This document shows positions 39,963 to 53,092 of a stretch of DNA of 64,000 nucleotides, in pieces (within the stretch, counting starts at the first letter, position 1; each line of letters starts with the position of its first letter). The DNA comes from Malacoraja senta (lineage: Eukaryota), in the NCBI GenBank assembly GCA_038087875.1, contig CM075984.1, positions 33,666,001-33,730,000 on the forward strand, written 5' to 3'. The position numbers were made by a program, and so were the translations under genes. Below the pieces are notes generated by a model. It was not told the DNA's origin. It saw only the letters and a program-made list of their open reading frames with translations, and made no database searches.

Positions 39963-40388
39963 TGTTTAAGAAGGAACTGCAGATGCTGGAAAATCAAAGG
40001 TTGACAAAAGTGCTGGAGAAACTCAGCGGGTGCAGCAGCATCTATGGAGCGAAGGAAATAGGCAACGTTTCGATCCAAAACCCTTCTTCAGACTGATGTG
40101 GGGGGGGGGGGTGGGGAGAAGAAAGGAGAAAGGAAGAGGAGGAGCCCGAGGGCTGAGGGAGAGCTGAGAAGGGGAGGAGACAGCAAGGGCTCCCGGAAAT
40201 TGGAGAAGTCAATGTTTATGCCGCTAGGGTGCAAACTGCCCAAGCGGAATATGAGGTGCTGCTCCTCCAATTTCCGGTGGTGCTCGCTCTGGCCATGGAG
40301 GAGACCCAGAACAGAAAGGTCGGATTCGGAATGGGAGGGGGAGTTGAAGTGCTGAGCCACCGGGAGATCAGGTTGGTTAATGCGAACC
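39963..40388 (-). mobile_element. Penelope-like 3' fragment inserted into a CR1 remnant
   Basis: Minus-strand peptide PDLPVAQHFNSPSHSESDLSVLGL; 7-bp TSD gacttga at 39956-39962 and 40389-40395; the CR1 sequence continues on both sides. Confidence 0.88.
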
Positions 40389-40807
40389 GACTTGACCTCC
40401 ACAGCCTTCTGTGGCAAAGAATTCCACAGATTCATCACCATCTGACTAAAGGAATTCCTCCTCATCTCCTTCCTAAAGGAACGTCCTTTTATTTTGAGGC
40501 TATGACCTCTGGTCTTAGACTCTCCCACTGGTGGAAACATCCTCTCCACATCCACTATATCCAGGCCTTTCACTATTCGGTATGTTTCATCCTTCTGTAC
40601 TCGCTGGAGTTTAGACCCAGTGCCGTCAAATGCTCATCATATGTTCTGGTTGCTCTGCAATTTTTTTGCACTCATGCTCTAGTTTGCAAGGAATAACATA
40701 ATTTATTATATATTTTTGGTTGCATCTAATGTGCCTGTAAAGCTGCAGCGAGTAAGAATTTCATAATGCTGATTCATATCTGGCAATTTGACAAATAATA
40801 CTAGTCC

Positions 40808-40952
40808 TACTGTCTCCGCCTACCTTCTATCTTTGTCCAGCCCCCTCACCCGACATCAGTCTGAAGAAGGGTCTTGACCTGAAACGTCGCCCATTCCTTC
40901 TCTCCCTAGATGCTGCCTCACCCGCTGAGTTATTCCAGCATTTTGTGTCTAC
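40808..40952 (+). mobile_element. Solo Penelope 3' terminus with intact hammerhead core (40861-40888)
   Basis: ctgaagaagggtcttgacctgaaacgtc followed by agatgctgcctcacccgctgagttattccagcattttgtgtct. Confidence 0.8.
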
Positions 40953-42375
40953 CCCTGACAAATAAACCCTCTTGATTCTTATATCCAGGAATATTTAGAA
41001 CCCAATCCTGCTCTTTTTTTCTTGCCAGCTTTGTTATTTCCTTGACATTGTCATCCCACGTTGTAACTTCCACCTGCGGCTCACTAACCATGTTTAATAT
41101 ATTTCTCTCTTAGTCTGGTTTTTATTAACAGATTGTTAATTCTTGTTCTTATCGTATTCATCTCTCAGTCCTTTTTGCATAGTTTTTCTCATTTTCATTA
41201 TTCCTTGGTCAGGGATTTCTTGGCTGGGATTCCCACATGCCGTAGGAAATGCAGTACTTGGGTCGGGGGTGCCCTGCCGTACCTCAATTTGTTCCGTTAA
41301 CTAGCAGAAAGTACTATTAAATTGTTTCTTGTTTTACTTACCCTGAAGGATTTTGACATTGTTTACTCTTTAAAGTGAATGCTCATTTACCCTCACAGGG
41401 ACTCTCCCTCTCTCCCATGCTTCTTTAAAGTCACTTGAACCCTTGTCTCATGCTCCTTTTACTCGCCAGGCTGTATTCTCACACTTCTTTCAAAATGACC
41501 AAGGCTCTTTTTTTAAGCTCATTAGGGTTGAGAACAGAATTTAACATGAGTTTAGGCAACAGAGTCCTGCAGTGAGTTATGTTAAGCATTTGATTTAAAC
41601 AGAGTTGAGGACATTTCACAAGTTCAGTCAGGGTAAGTAAAACTGTAACTAAATTAATAAAAGTAGTTTTAAGAATATTCATAGTTATACAGGATGGAAA
41701 CAGGCACTTTGCCTCAACTTATGCTGACCAAGATGTCTATCTCACTCCATTTGTCTGTGATCGGCCCATATCCCAATCAATGTCTCCTCTCCATGTTCCT
41801 GTTCAAATGTTTTTTTTAATGTTATAAAAGTACCTGCCTCTATAACCTCCCTTTGCAGCCCATTCCATATACCCACCGCCACCTGCTTGGAAAATTTGCC
41901 CCTCAGATCCCTTTAATCTTCCCTCTCTCATCTTAAACACATGGCCTCTAGTTTTAGCACATTTATGCCATTCATAATTTTATAAACCACATCCTTCAGT
42001 CTACTTCATTCCAGCAAAAAACTGTTGCAGTCTATTCAGGCTCTCCTTATAATGCAAGCCCTCTAGTCCAGGCAAAATCCTTGAGTCTCTTCTGCACCCT
42101 CTCGAACTTAATCATTTCCTTTAGTGTGGTGACGAGAACTTAACATAATATTCCAAATGCAGTAAAACCAAATTCACGAGTCATGCGCAAAGCTAAACTG
42201 ACTATCAGTTCTTGCTATTCCAGATGCAAATCAATCCTGTCTTTCGTAATTCCTTCTGGTAACCTCCCCACCACTTCTCTTTTTTAATTGATTTAATCTT
42301 GTGATTAGAAGGATAATGTGGAATCTCGGATGTGTGGGATGTAGATCTTCCAGCTTGTGGGAATTCCTAACACTT

Positions 42376-43820
42376 ACTTTTCAAGAAGGGAGGGAGAGAG
42401 AAAACGGGGAATTACAGACCAGTTAGTCTAACATCGGTAGTGGGGAAACTGCTAGAGTCAGTTATTAAAGATGGAATAGCAGCACATTTGGAAAGTGGTG
42501 AAATCATTGGACAAAGTCAGCATGGATTTACGAAAGGTAAATCGTGTCTGACGAATCTTATAGAATTTTTCGAGGATGTAACGAGTAGAGTGGATAGGGG
42601 AGAACCAGTGGATGTGTTGTATCTGGACATTCAGAAGGCTTTCGACAAGGTACCACATAAGAGATTAGGATACAAACTTAAATCACATGGTATTGGGGGT
42701 TCAGTATTGATGTGGATAGAGAACTGGCTGGCAAACAGGAAGCAAAGAGTAGGAGTAAACGGGTCCTTTTCACAATGGCAGGCAGTGACTAGTGGGGTAC
42801 CGCAAGGCTCAGTGCTGGGACCCCAGCTATTTACAATTTATATTAATGACCTGGATGAGGGAATTGAAAGCAACATCTCCAAGTTTGCGGATGACACTAA
42901 GCTGGGGGGCAGTGTTAGCTGTGAGGAGGATGCTAGGAGACTGCAAGGTGACTTGGATAGGCTGGGTGAGTGGGCAAATGTTTGGCAGATGCAGTATAAT
43001 GTGGATAAATGTGAGGTTATCCACTTTGGTGGCAAAAACGGGAAGGCAGACTATTATCTAAATGGTGGCCGATTAGGAAATGGGGAGATGCAGCGAGACC
43101 TGGGTGTCATGGTACACCAGTCATTGAAAGTAAGCATGCAGGTGCAGCAGGCAGTGAAGAAAGCGAATGGTATGTTGGCTTTCATAGCAAGAGGATTTGA
43201 GTATAGGAGCAGGGAGGTTCTACTGCAGTTGTACAGGGTCTTGGTGAGACCACACCTGGAGTATTGCGTACAGTTTTGGTCTCCAAATCTGAGGAAGGAC
43301 ATTATAGCCATAGAGGGAGTGCAGAGAAGGTTCACCAGACTGATTCCTGGGATGTCAGGACATTCATATGAAGAAAGACTGGATAGACTTGGCTTATACT
43401 CGTTAGAATTTAGGAGATTGAGAGGGGATCTTATAGAAACGTACAAAATTCTTATGGGGTTGGACAGGCTAGATGCAGGAAGATTGTTCCCGATGTTGGG
43501 GAAGTCCAGGACAAGGGGTCACAGCTTAAGGATAAGGGGGAAATCCTTTAAGACCGAGATGAGGAAAAACCTTTTCACACAGAGAATGGTGAATCTCTGG
43601 AACTCTCTGCCACAGAGGGTAGTTGAGGCCAGTTCATTGGCTATATTTAAGAGGGAGTTAGATGTGGCCCTTGTGGCTAAGGGGATCAGGGGGTATGGAG
43701 AGAAGGCAGGTACGGGATACTGAGTTGGATGATCAGCCATGATCATATTGAATGGCGGTGCAGGCTCGAAGGGCCGAATGGCCTACTCCTGCACCTATTT
43801 TCTATGTATCTATGTATCTA
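42376..43820 (+). mobile_element. CR1 (HER1-like) LINE, young 5'-truncated copy with an uninterrupted RT ORF (42440-43723)
   Basis: QHGFTKGKSCLTNL, YLDIQKAFDKVPH, GVPQGSVLGP and KFADDTKL motifs; 3' tail (tctatgta)n. Confidence 0.96.
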
Positions 43821-44867
43821 CTATATCCTGGACGGTCATAAGAAGCAGGATGTGTCATCAGCTGGAGGAGCTTGAACAATAGCTGATGTCCCTGCAATTA
43901 AGGATGTCAAGAAAACTTTGGAGTATGGATGGCCAGAAGTTGTGGCCCATCGTGGTACCAATGCTACAGGTATAGAAAGGGATGACAACTTGCATCAACA
44001 GACCTGTGCTGACTATCCCTGAGCAATTCCAGCCTTTCCAAGTGTAGATTTATCTTGTTCCCTCCATTTTCCCCCCAATGCTGGCCTGTTATTATATTGC
44101 TTATCATAGCTATCTTTTAGAATAAAAGTGCCACATTTGCAGTCCTTCACCTATAATCTCGCAGTACATATGTGGCCAGCAAACATTCAAGTATCTCCAT
44201 CAAACCCCTGCAATCTCTTCCCTTGCTCCCCATCACAGCCTCTCATACATCTCATCAAGCATTGGGGATTTGTCCACCTTTAAGTTTTCCAGGACATCGA
44301 ATACCTCCTCTGTTTTACTTTTATTTGCTCCAGAATTTATGTCCCTACTGAAATCTTCAACGACAATGTATTTTTCCTTTGTGAAAATCAAATGAAAAGT
44401 TTTCCTTTGACACCTTTCCCACAATCTTTCAATCCATGCACAGATGGCTCCTTTGGTCCCCAAGGTGCCCTACTCTTTCCCTGGTAACGTCCCTGCTCCT
44501 AATATACAAATACCCTTTGCCTGTTGCATGGCCCCTCTTTGCCCACCTATTTAATTTCTTAAACATTCCCTACACTCTCTATACTCCTGAAGGACATCCC
44601 ATGTTTTCAGAGCTCTATACCTAGTATGATTTAAAAAATTCCCAATACACCCTGACATCTAAGATTCGGTGGATTTGCAATCTCTGCTCTCCATTTATAC
44701 GGGAAAATGTTGGCTCTGAAATCATGATTTTATGTTTACAAGACTCACGTTTCCTGAATGAAGATTTATCCCGGATGCAGTGAAGAAAGCCAATGGCATG
44801 TTGGTCATTGCAAGACGATTTGAGTTTAGGGGCAAGGAGGTCCTACTGCGGAGTTAAAGAGGGGGAG

Positions 44868-45213
44868 CACTTTAACTCCTCCCATTCCCATTCTGACCTT
44901 TCTGCCTGGGCCTCCTCCTTTGTCAGACTGAGGCCCAGTGCAAATTGGAGGAACAACACCTCATATTTTGCTTGGGTAGCTTACACCCCAGCGGTATGAA
45001 CATTGACTTATCTAACTTCAAATAGCCCTTGCTTTCCCTCCCTCTCCATCCCCTCTCCCTTCCCAGTATTCCCACCAGTCCTACTGTCTCTGACTACATT
45101 CTATCTCTGTCCTGCCCACTCCCCTGACATCAGTCTGAAGAAGGGTCTTGACCCGAAACATCACACATTCCTTCTCTCCAGAGATCCTGCCTGTCCCGCT
45201 GAGTTACTCCAGC
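44868..45213 (+). mobile_element. Penelope-like 3' fragment with hammerhead core at 45135
   Basis: HFNSSHSHSDLS remnant, then ctgaagaagggtcttgacccgaaacatc and the family tail. Confidence 0.85.
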
Positions 45214-45894
45214 ATATACTCATGCCTGTTCATAGATCAGAGGCATGGGGAATGCAGATCAGCAGTGGGCATCTGTAGTTCAAGCAAGCCCTGTCGAATA
45301 TGTGATAGCCAGCAGGTGGCAACCCAGTAAAATGAAAGCTGAATTTTCAAACTGCAGCCTGCAAAAAGACCCAGTTACATGCTTAATATTGCAGAATTAC
45401 ACTACTGTTACATAATACTGCTGTGTGCCATAATATGTTTTTCATGTACAGTAAAACTCTCCTGACCTGCTATCTAACTGTTCAGAAATCCTGTTGGTTT
45501 GGCATCTGGCTCACCAAGTGATGTTTCTAGCATTCCCTTTGAGCTGAAACGGGTCCCGTTTCCCATATTCTCTTTACATGCATCAAACCCTTTTTCCCAT
45601 CGTCCCGATAAGCTCAATGGAACCCTGTTTCCTGTGATCTGTTTAAAATCCATAGGGTCCATCTTTTAATATTACTAGAATAATTTGAAATATTCAAGTG
45701 CTGTATATCATCTTTAAAAAAAAGTGAATTAAACGTGTGTTCATGTATAAGAATAATATTAAATAGTCCAGAAAATCTGGCTGGCACCACTAAAGTCCAG
45801 AGCAGGCCGGGTGTACAAGTGTGTCCAGCTGCAGTTCCTGCCAGACCCCCTTGGAGCACAATTGGAACTGAGATGAGTCACTCTAGAGTATCCC

Positions 45895-46460
45895 AGATGC
45901 AGTGAAGAAAGCCAATAGCATGTTGACCTTCATTGCGAGAAGATTTGAGTTTAGGAGCAAGGAGGTCCTACTACAGTTGTACAGGGCCCTGGTGAGACTG
46001 CACCTGGAGTATTGTGTGCAATTTTGGTCTCCTAATTTGAGGAAGGACATTATTGCTATTGAGGGAGTGCAGCGTAGGTTCATCAGGTTAATTCCCGGGA
46101 TGGCGGGACTGACGTATGATGAAAGAATAGGTTGACTGGGCTTGTATTTGCTGGAATTTAGAAGGATGAGAGGGAATCTTATAGAAACATGTAAAATTCT
46201 TAGAGGATTGGACAGGGTAGATGCAGGAAAAATGTTCCCGATGTTGGGGGAGTCCAGAACCAGGGGTCACAGTTTAAGAATAAGGGGTAGGCCATTTAGG
46301 ACTGAGATGAGGAAAAGCTTTTTCACCCAGAGAGTTGTGAATCTGTGGAATTCTCTGCCATAGAAGGCCAATTCACTGGATGTTTTCAAGGGAGTTTTCA
46401 AGAGTTAGATTTAGCTCTTAGGGCTAAGGAAAGTAAGGGATATGGTGAAAAAACTGGTGT
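45895..46460 (+). mobile_element. CR1 LINE 3' fragment
   Basis: LVRLHLEYCVQFWSP and FFTQRVVNLWNSLP, with a frameshift. Confidence 0.9.
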
Positions 46461-46639
46461 AGGGGGGCGGGGGGTGGGAGAGGTTGGTGGTGGTGGTGGA
46501 ATAGTCCGCCTGAGGAAAAGAAGAGCAACAACATGGCTTCACGGTGGAGCAAGTAGTAACTCGAGTTTCCTCATTTTGGCAGAGACCCAGGTTTAATCCT
46601 GACTCGGGTGCTATCTGTTTTCAGGCAAGGCAGGAATCC

Positions 46640-47180
46640 TTTACAGTTAACAGGTGATATATACATGAATGTTTTGGACATGAATGTAGGAGGCATGATC
46701 AGTAATTTTTCAGATTGCATAAAGATTGTTAGAATTATTGACAGTGTAGGGGGCAGCTTTGGGCTACAGGATGGCATTGATGTGTTGGTGAAGTGGGTTG
46801 AGACTTGATAGATGGAGTTTAATCTAAAGGTGAGATGATGCATTTTGTAAGACTAATGAAGCTAGGCCGTAAACCATGAATGGTAAGGTCCAAGGGAGTT
46901 TTGAGGAACAGGGGGACCTTGGCATGTAAGTCCAAAGATCATTGGAGGTGGCAGCACAGATGAGTAAAATGGTTTACTGGCCTTCATTTGTCAAGGCATT
47001 GAATACAAGAGCTGGGAGGTTATTTTCCAACTTTATATAACATTGGCCATATCTCAGCTGGAGAACTGCAGTTCTGGTCATATTATAGGAAATATGTAAT
47101 AGCATTGAAGAAGTTGCAGAGAAGATTCACCAGGATGTTCCAGGGATGGAGCATTTCAGTTATGAAGAGAGATTATTGAA
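46640..47180 (+). mobile_element. Decayed CR1 LINE
   Basis: GGMISNFSDCIKI...LQDGIDVLVKW remnant of the FADD region. Confidence 0.75.
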
Positions 47181-47860
47181 GTTAGAACCTAGTTCCTACA
47201 AAAGGGATACATACTTTTCTTTTGTAGGAAATCAGGTTTGGGAATCCTTGCATGTTTACATAGTGTTCTACTGAAAACATGCAATCACAGCTCAGTTAAT
47301 TACTCATATTTCAAACAAGACTCAGCCAAAAGTGATGACCATTGATGCAGTTATGGTGCAGTAATTGCTCCATTTACTTCAGACAAAAATGACCGTGTTT
47401 ATTTGCTGGGACGCATCCTTGTTACACAGAATGCAAGAATAAACAGAAGGAAATGACATGGCAGTATACTTGCACAGAATGTAATCTATTTAAGACGAGC
47501 TCTGCTTTGCTTGGATCATGACAGCTCTGATATAAGAAACATTATTTACAACCAGCCGTGTTTAAATAATATCTAATACAAGATATTATCTTAGAGAAAC
47601 AGGTGAAGCATCCCTCATCAGTCTGCCATCCAGTGTGATCAACTCTGATCTGTGACCTAACTATCTGCTTTTTCGGAACTAATACCGTGGATTAACAAAA
47701 AATGATTAAACTTAACGTTTAATTAGAATTTGTTGTCCATGGTAGATGAGAATGACATATTTACCCACTATTAACCACCTTGGTAGTCTTGGATCTAGGC
47801 TCCTCAATACAGAGTAACAGTTTCTCTTTATCCATCCCATCAATTACTCCTAACGTTTTC

Positions 47861-48712
47861 GAGTGGTGGTGCCATCGAGTGTGGCAGCCTCGCCAGCAGC
47901 TGTCTGTCCTTTCATCCTTTTTGTTATTTTTAGTCTAAAAGTTTGTTTTTGGAGGTCTTTTTGTCTTTTTTTATGTGAGGGGGGAGGGAAGGGGGAAACC
48001 GTCTTCTCAGTCACTACCTGGTTGAGGATGCGTCTTTTCTCCGAGCTGCGTCTTCGCCCCCCCCCCCCCCTCGCGGCCTACCATCAGGATTGGCACGGCC
48101 TTTCCTGCCGGAGACCGGCCAGAACTTCAGCAGCGGTGCAGCACTGAATTTCCATCGCGGAGCAGGCGATGCCTTACTGGGATCGCCGTGTTGGAGCTCC
48201 GGAGTGTTGGGCCTGCCGACTTTAACACCGTGGAGCTGTGGCTTCCGGAGCTTCCAGCTGCGGGCACCGCTGACTTTAACATCGCGGAGCCCTGGGATCT
48301 TTTGCCGAGGATCGCCAGTGTTGGAGCTCCGCCCAACTTGGTCTGTGGACTTCGGAAGCCACGGTCTCCGGTAGGAAGCGGCCGATTCGGAAACTCCAAG
48401 CCGCTGAGAGTGTTCTTCCGTTCCGACGCCGGAGCTCTGATCATCCGATCATCCTGGCGAGATGGCCTGAAACATCGGGCCGCCGTTGCGGCGACTGCCG
48501 TGGCCTTGTTAGGCCCCGACCATGGGGGAACAAGAGGAAGATGACTGAACTTTGTTGCCTTCCCTCACAGTGGGAAACGTTGATTCCGCTGTGGGGGAAG
48601 TTTTATGTTAAGTTCTATAGTGTTGTGTTTATCTTATTTGTGTGCTGCATGGTAACTCAAATTTCACTGCACCAATTGGTGTATGTGACAATAAATGTAA
48701 CTCGAACTTGAA
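47861..48712 (+). mobile_element. GC/CpG-rich non-coding retroposon with a LINE-type tail
   Basis: Ends atgtgacaataaa..cttga like the Rex1-type tails in this window; internal gactttaaca(c/t)cg repeats. Confidence 0.6.
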
Positions 48713-49446
48713 ACCTTTGATCAATACAGTCATCTATATCTTGGGGAATACAACCCCAGTTTATGCACCATCTCCTTCTAATTTAACCCATAGAGTCCAT
48801 GGGCTATTCTAATAATCTTTTTACACCCACTCCAAGGCTGATCTTCCTAAGACTGTTGCGGCAAGATCTCAGAGTAATGCAGAGTTTTTTGTGGCTGTGG
48901 CTTGAACACAAGCACTTTGTATTCATGTCCGCTAATTCAACAGCATTCAGTTCAGCCTTTTGATTACTTTCTGTCCGTGTCCATGACAATGTCATCTTTA
49001 TATGTGAAACCCTGACAGTGGCGCTGTGATATTGGGTGTCTAGCATTCAGAAAATAATTGATCTTTGAGATCCAAAACGAATGAACTCTCACATGCCTAC
49101 ATTGCAATTTATTTGCCTTTGTTTCTTCCATTCACTCAAGTTATTGTTATAACTGTAATCTAATGCTTCTGTTTATAACAACGCCTATCTCTATGTTATC
49201 AGCAAATTTAAACATTTGATTCTTCTTCCTGTGTACAAGTCTTTAGCAGCAGCTCCAACACCAAATCTGTGTGGGATGCCACGTCAAGCCGTGCCAACAC
49301 GCTGTTACCCCAATGTGCTTGTTTCCTGTTGCTCAGTTAATCTCCCAGCTAGGTCAATAATTGACTTTCAATTTCATAAGCTACGTCTTTGGCAAATTTT
49401 ATCTTACACAATGTTTTATGGAAATCCATTTAAAAACAACCATTTA

Positions 49447-50546
49447 CAGTGCCCTCCATAATGTTTGGGACAAAGACCCATCATTTATTTATTTGCCTCT
49501 GTACTCCACAATTTGAGATTTGTAATAGAAAAAAAAATCACATGTGGTTAAAGTGCACATTGTCAGATTTTAATAAAGGCCATTTTTATACATGTTGGTT
49601 TCACCATGTAGAAATTACAGCAGTGTTTATACATAGTCCCTCCATTTCAGGGCACCATAATGTTTGGGACGCAGCAATGTCATTGTAAATGAAAGTAGTC
49701 ATGTATTGTATTTTGTTGCATATCCTTTGCATGCAATGACTGCTTGAAGTCTGCGATTCATGGACATCACCAAGTGCTGGGTGTCTTCTCTGGTGATGCT
49801 CTGCCAGGCCTGTATTGCAGCCATCTTTAGCTTATGCTTGTTTTGGGGGCTAGTCCCCTTCAGTTTTCTCTTCAGCTTTGGATCTTGGGCAGTTCCTTCT
49901 CTCCTCCATACTTTGCTCTTGCCATCACACTGATATGTTGTTTTTCGTCTCATCTGTCCACAAGACCTTTTTCCAGAACTGTGGTTGCTCTTTTAAGTAC
50001 TTCTGGGCAAATTTTTGCGGCTAACCAGTAGTTTGCATCTTGCACTGTAGCCTCTGTTTTTCTGTTCAAGTCAAGTCAAGTCAAGTGAGTTTATTGTCAT
50101 GTGTCCCTGGTAGGACAATGAAATTCTTGCTTTGCTTGAGCACAACAGAACATAGTAGGCATTTACTACAAGGCATTCTATAAATATATACACAATGGTC
50201 AATATACTGATAAAGTGCAAATAACAGTATTGGCTAGTAAAGTTCAGTGTTATGTCCGAGCCAGGTTTATTAAGTCTTCTGCAGACAGTGATCATTGACA
50301 AATCCACGCCTGACTCCTGAAGAGTGTTTCTGATCTGTCAGACAGCTCTCTTATACCTGCACGAAGGAGGCAATTAAACACCACTGAGCAATTACAAACA
50401 CTTGTGAAGTCATGTGTCCCAAACATTGTGGTGCCCTGACATGGGGGGACCATGTATAAACACAGCTGTAATTTCTACATGGTGAAACCAAAATGTATAA
50501 AAATACCCTTTAATGAAATCTGCAAATGTGTACTTTAACCACATGT
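49447..50546 (-). mobile_element. Internally deleted Tc1 transposon of IR/DR type
   Basis: ta|cagtgccc end; direct repeat cataatgtttgggac at both ends of the ~225-bp TIR; transposase C-terminus WQSITREDTQHLVMSMNRRLQAVIACKGYATKY; partial opposite TIR at 50410-50546. Confidence 0.9.
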
Positions 50547-50627
50547 TAAAACCAAAATTGAGTGATGTGCAACATTCAAATTTAAAGTAATGCAACCGAA
50601 CTTCAGTTGATTACGTCAAGTTTCATT

Positions 50628-51556
50628 CATGAGATGGCCTCATTCTTTAGGGAACGGGGGTTCCCCTCTTCTACTATAGATGAGGCTCTCACCAGGGTTT
50701 CTTCTATACCCAGTAACTCTGCTCTCAATCCCCATCCCCCACTCGTAACAAAGGCAGAGTCCCTCTTGTCCTCACCATCCACCCTACCAGCCGTCACATA
50801 TGACAAATAATCCTCCAACATTTTTGCCACCTCCAACGGGATCCCACCACTGGCCACATCTTCCCATCTCCCCTTTCGGCTTTCCGCAGAGACTGCTCCC
50901 TCCGTAACTCCCTGGTCAATTCGTCCCTTCCCACCCAAACCACCCCCTCTCCTGGCACTTTCCCTTGCAACCGCAGGAAATGCTAAACTTGTCGCTTTGC
51001 ATCCCCCCTTGACTCCATTCAAGGACCCAAGCAGTCTTTCCAGGTGCGGCAGAGGTTCTCCTGCACCTCCTCCAACCTCATATATTGCTTCCACTGCTCT
51101 AGGTGTCAGCTGTTCTACATCGGTGAGACCAAGAGTAGGCTTGGCGATCGCTTTGCCCAACACCTCCGCTCGGTTCACAATAACCAACCTGATCTCCTGG
51201 TGGCTCAGCACTTCAACTCCCCCTCCCATTCCGAATCCGACCTTTCTGTCCTGGGGTTCCTCCATGGCCAGAGGAGGCCTACCGTAAATTGGAGGAGCAG
51301 CACCTCATATTTCGCTTGGGTAGTTTACACCCCAGCGGTATGAACATTGACTTCTCCAATTTTAGGTAGTCCCTGTTTTCTCCTTCTTTCCCCTCCCCTT
51401 CCCAGCTCTCCCACAGCCCACTGTCTCCGCCTCTTCCTTCTTCCCGTCCCCCCCACCCGCACATCAATCTGAAGAAGGGTCTCGCCCCGAAACGTCACCT
51501 TTTTCCTTCCACAGATGCTGCCTCACCCGCTGAGTTTCTTCAGCAATTTTGTCTAC
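50628..51556 (+). mobile_element. Penelope-like element 3' fragment (frameshifted GIY-YIG) with hammerhead core at 51469-51496
   Basis: Paralogous to 58585-59541; FYIGETKSRLGDRFAQH; ctgaagaagggtctcgccccgaaacgtc. Confidence 0.9.
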
Positions 51557-53092
51557 AGTCAAGTTTCATTTGTTCTTTTCGAAAACCCTGGCTTGAGAAT
51601 CCTCGAGGTTCGCCATTCTCCGATGCTTTTATTTTCTTTGCTATTATTAATTATGTTGAATCTCAATCCCTTAATTCACTATTAGTTTCCATGCGATGTT
51701 GGGCATTTAATCATCCTTTAACACCCGAACTACCCTCTTTTACCTTATATATAATTGTCGATTGTATTGATTTTTTGCATCAAAGTTTATTGCTAATTTT
51801 CTTTTGCATTTTCTTTGTAGCTGGCACTTTTCTTTGCCAGCTGTTGTTGAGGCAGAGTAGACTCGATGGGCCGAATGGCCTAATTCTGCTCCTTTGACTT
51901 GCGTATGTCTCCCAATTGGTAGCATTGGTATAATTTTTTTACATGTATAATTTTCCTTTAAGTTCTATGATGTTCCTTGCTCCCTTCGTCACCCAGGTGG
52001 AACGCTCTTTTGGCAAATAGAACTTGTAATGCTCAGGTTAAAACTGCTTCTACTTTAAGTTAAGTTTTAATCTGATACTCTTTAACAGATGCATTCTGTT
52101 TATTGTGTATTAGTAGTAGTAATAGTAGTATAATGTTTCTCCCTTTCAACAGCAAATTGGTCCCAACAATGTTATAATGTTTATCAGATAAATGCTCACA
52201 CACTTTCAAAGTCTTAATTACATCTGTTTATTACTCATTAATTTCTAGCATGATCTGACTCGAAGTTCTAGGACATTTTGTTGCTCAGAAACTATCCTAC
52301 AAACATTCTACCTATTCATTTATTTTCTGTCATAAAAGTTTCTTTCAATAAATTAAAGTTGCCCATTTCAATGCCATTGGCCTATCTGCTTGCTTGTTTA
52401 ATTTCTGCACAACTTTAGAAAGGGGCTTATGTAAGGCTTCCAATAAAATCTTACTTTCTTTCTCTTTTTTTCTGTGAGTCTTCTCTGCAGTCCTGTTTGT
52501 CCAATCATGAATGGTGATGTGTAATTAAATAGTTAATTTAAAAAGGCAGCTCAGAAAATATTCCCATTATAAAGATCAACCATGGGAATGAATGCTAAAG
52601 ATCTGACTGAAGCATTCAAACTGATTTAAGCCAGAAATGTCAATTGGATGCTATCTCAATTGCCTCCTGAGATTTCCACCATTAAAGAACCCAGTCTTTT
52701 GCCAATTTAACTCACTTCATATAATATCAAGATTGAGTTGGGAACATTGTATACAGAAAAGGCTATATTCCTGGAGACATGTCCTCAAAAACTATCTGCA
52801 TCTGTAGCCCAGCCGCCCCAGTGTAGCTGCTACACTGGCATCTATCAAACCTTGTGGAAAATTGCCCAGGTATATCCTTGACGAAAAAATACCCCAGCAC
52901 AAATCCAATTAGCATTAAATTAGTCCAAATTCGATCGAAGTGATGGAGGTTGTTGTAGACAGTGCTGTCAAAGGGAACATTCATCACAATTCAATGTCTT
53001 CTTTCTGCGTCGATGATGGACATATAAATTCTCCCCATCAGATCTAGCAAACTGCACGACAATATCTTCCTGGTCTTGTTGACATACCTTTA

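Noticed and set aside
40088-40573. 161-aa CR1-Penelope hybrid ORF
   Set aside because: Chance in-frame junction of a nested insertion; both parts are short terminal fragments.
42440-43723. 427-aa RT ORF as a host gene or active LINE
   Set aside because: It is a 5'-truncated CR1 ORF2 with no endonuclease, ORF1 or promoter.
50627-51265. 212-aa minus-strand ORF (also 58723-59265)
   Set aside because: Antisense shadow of the Penelope coding sequence.
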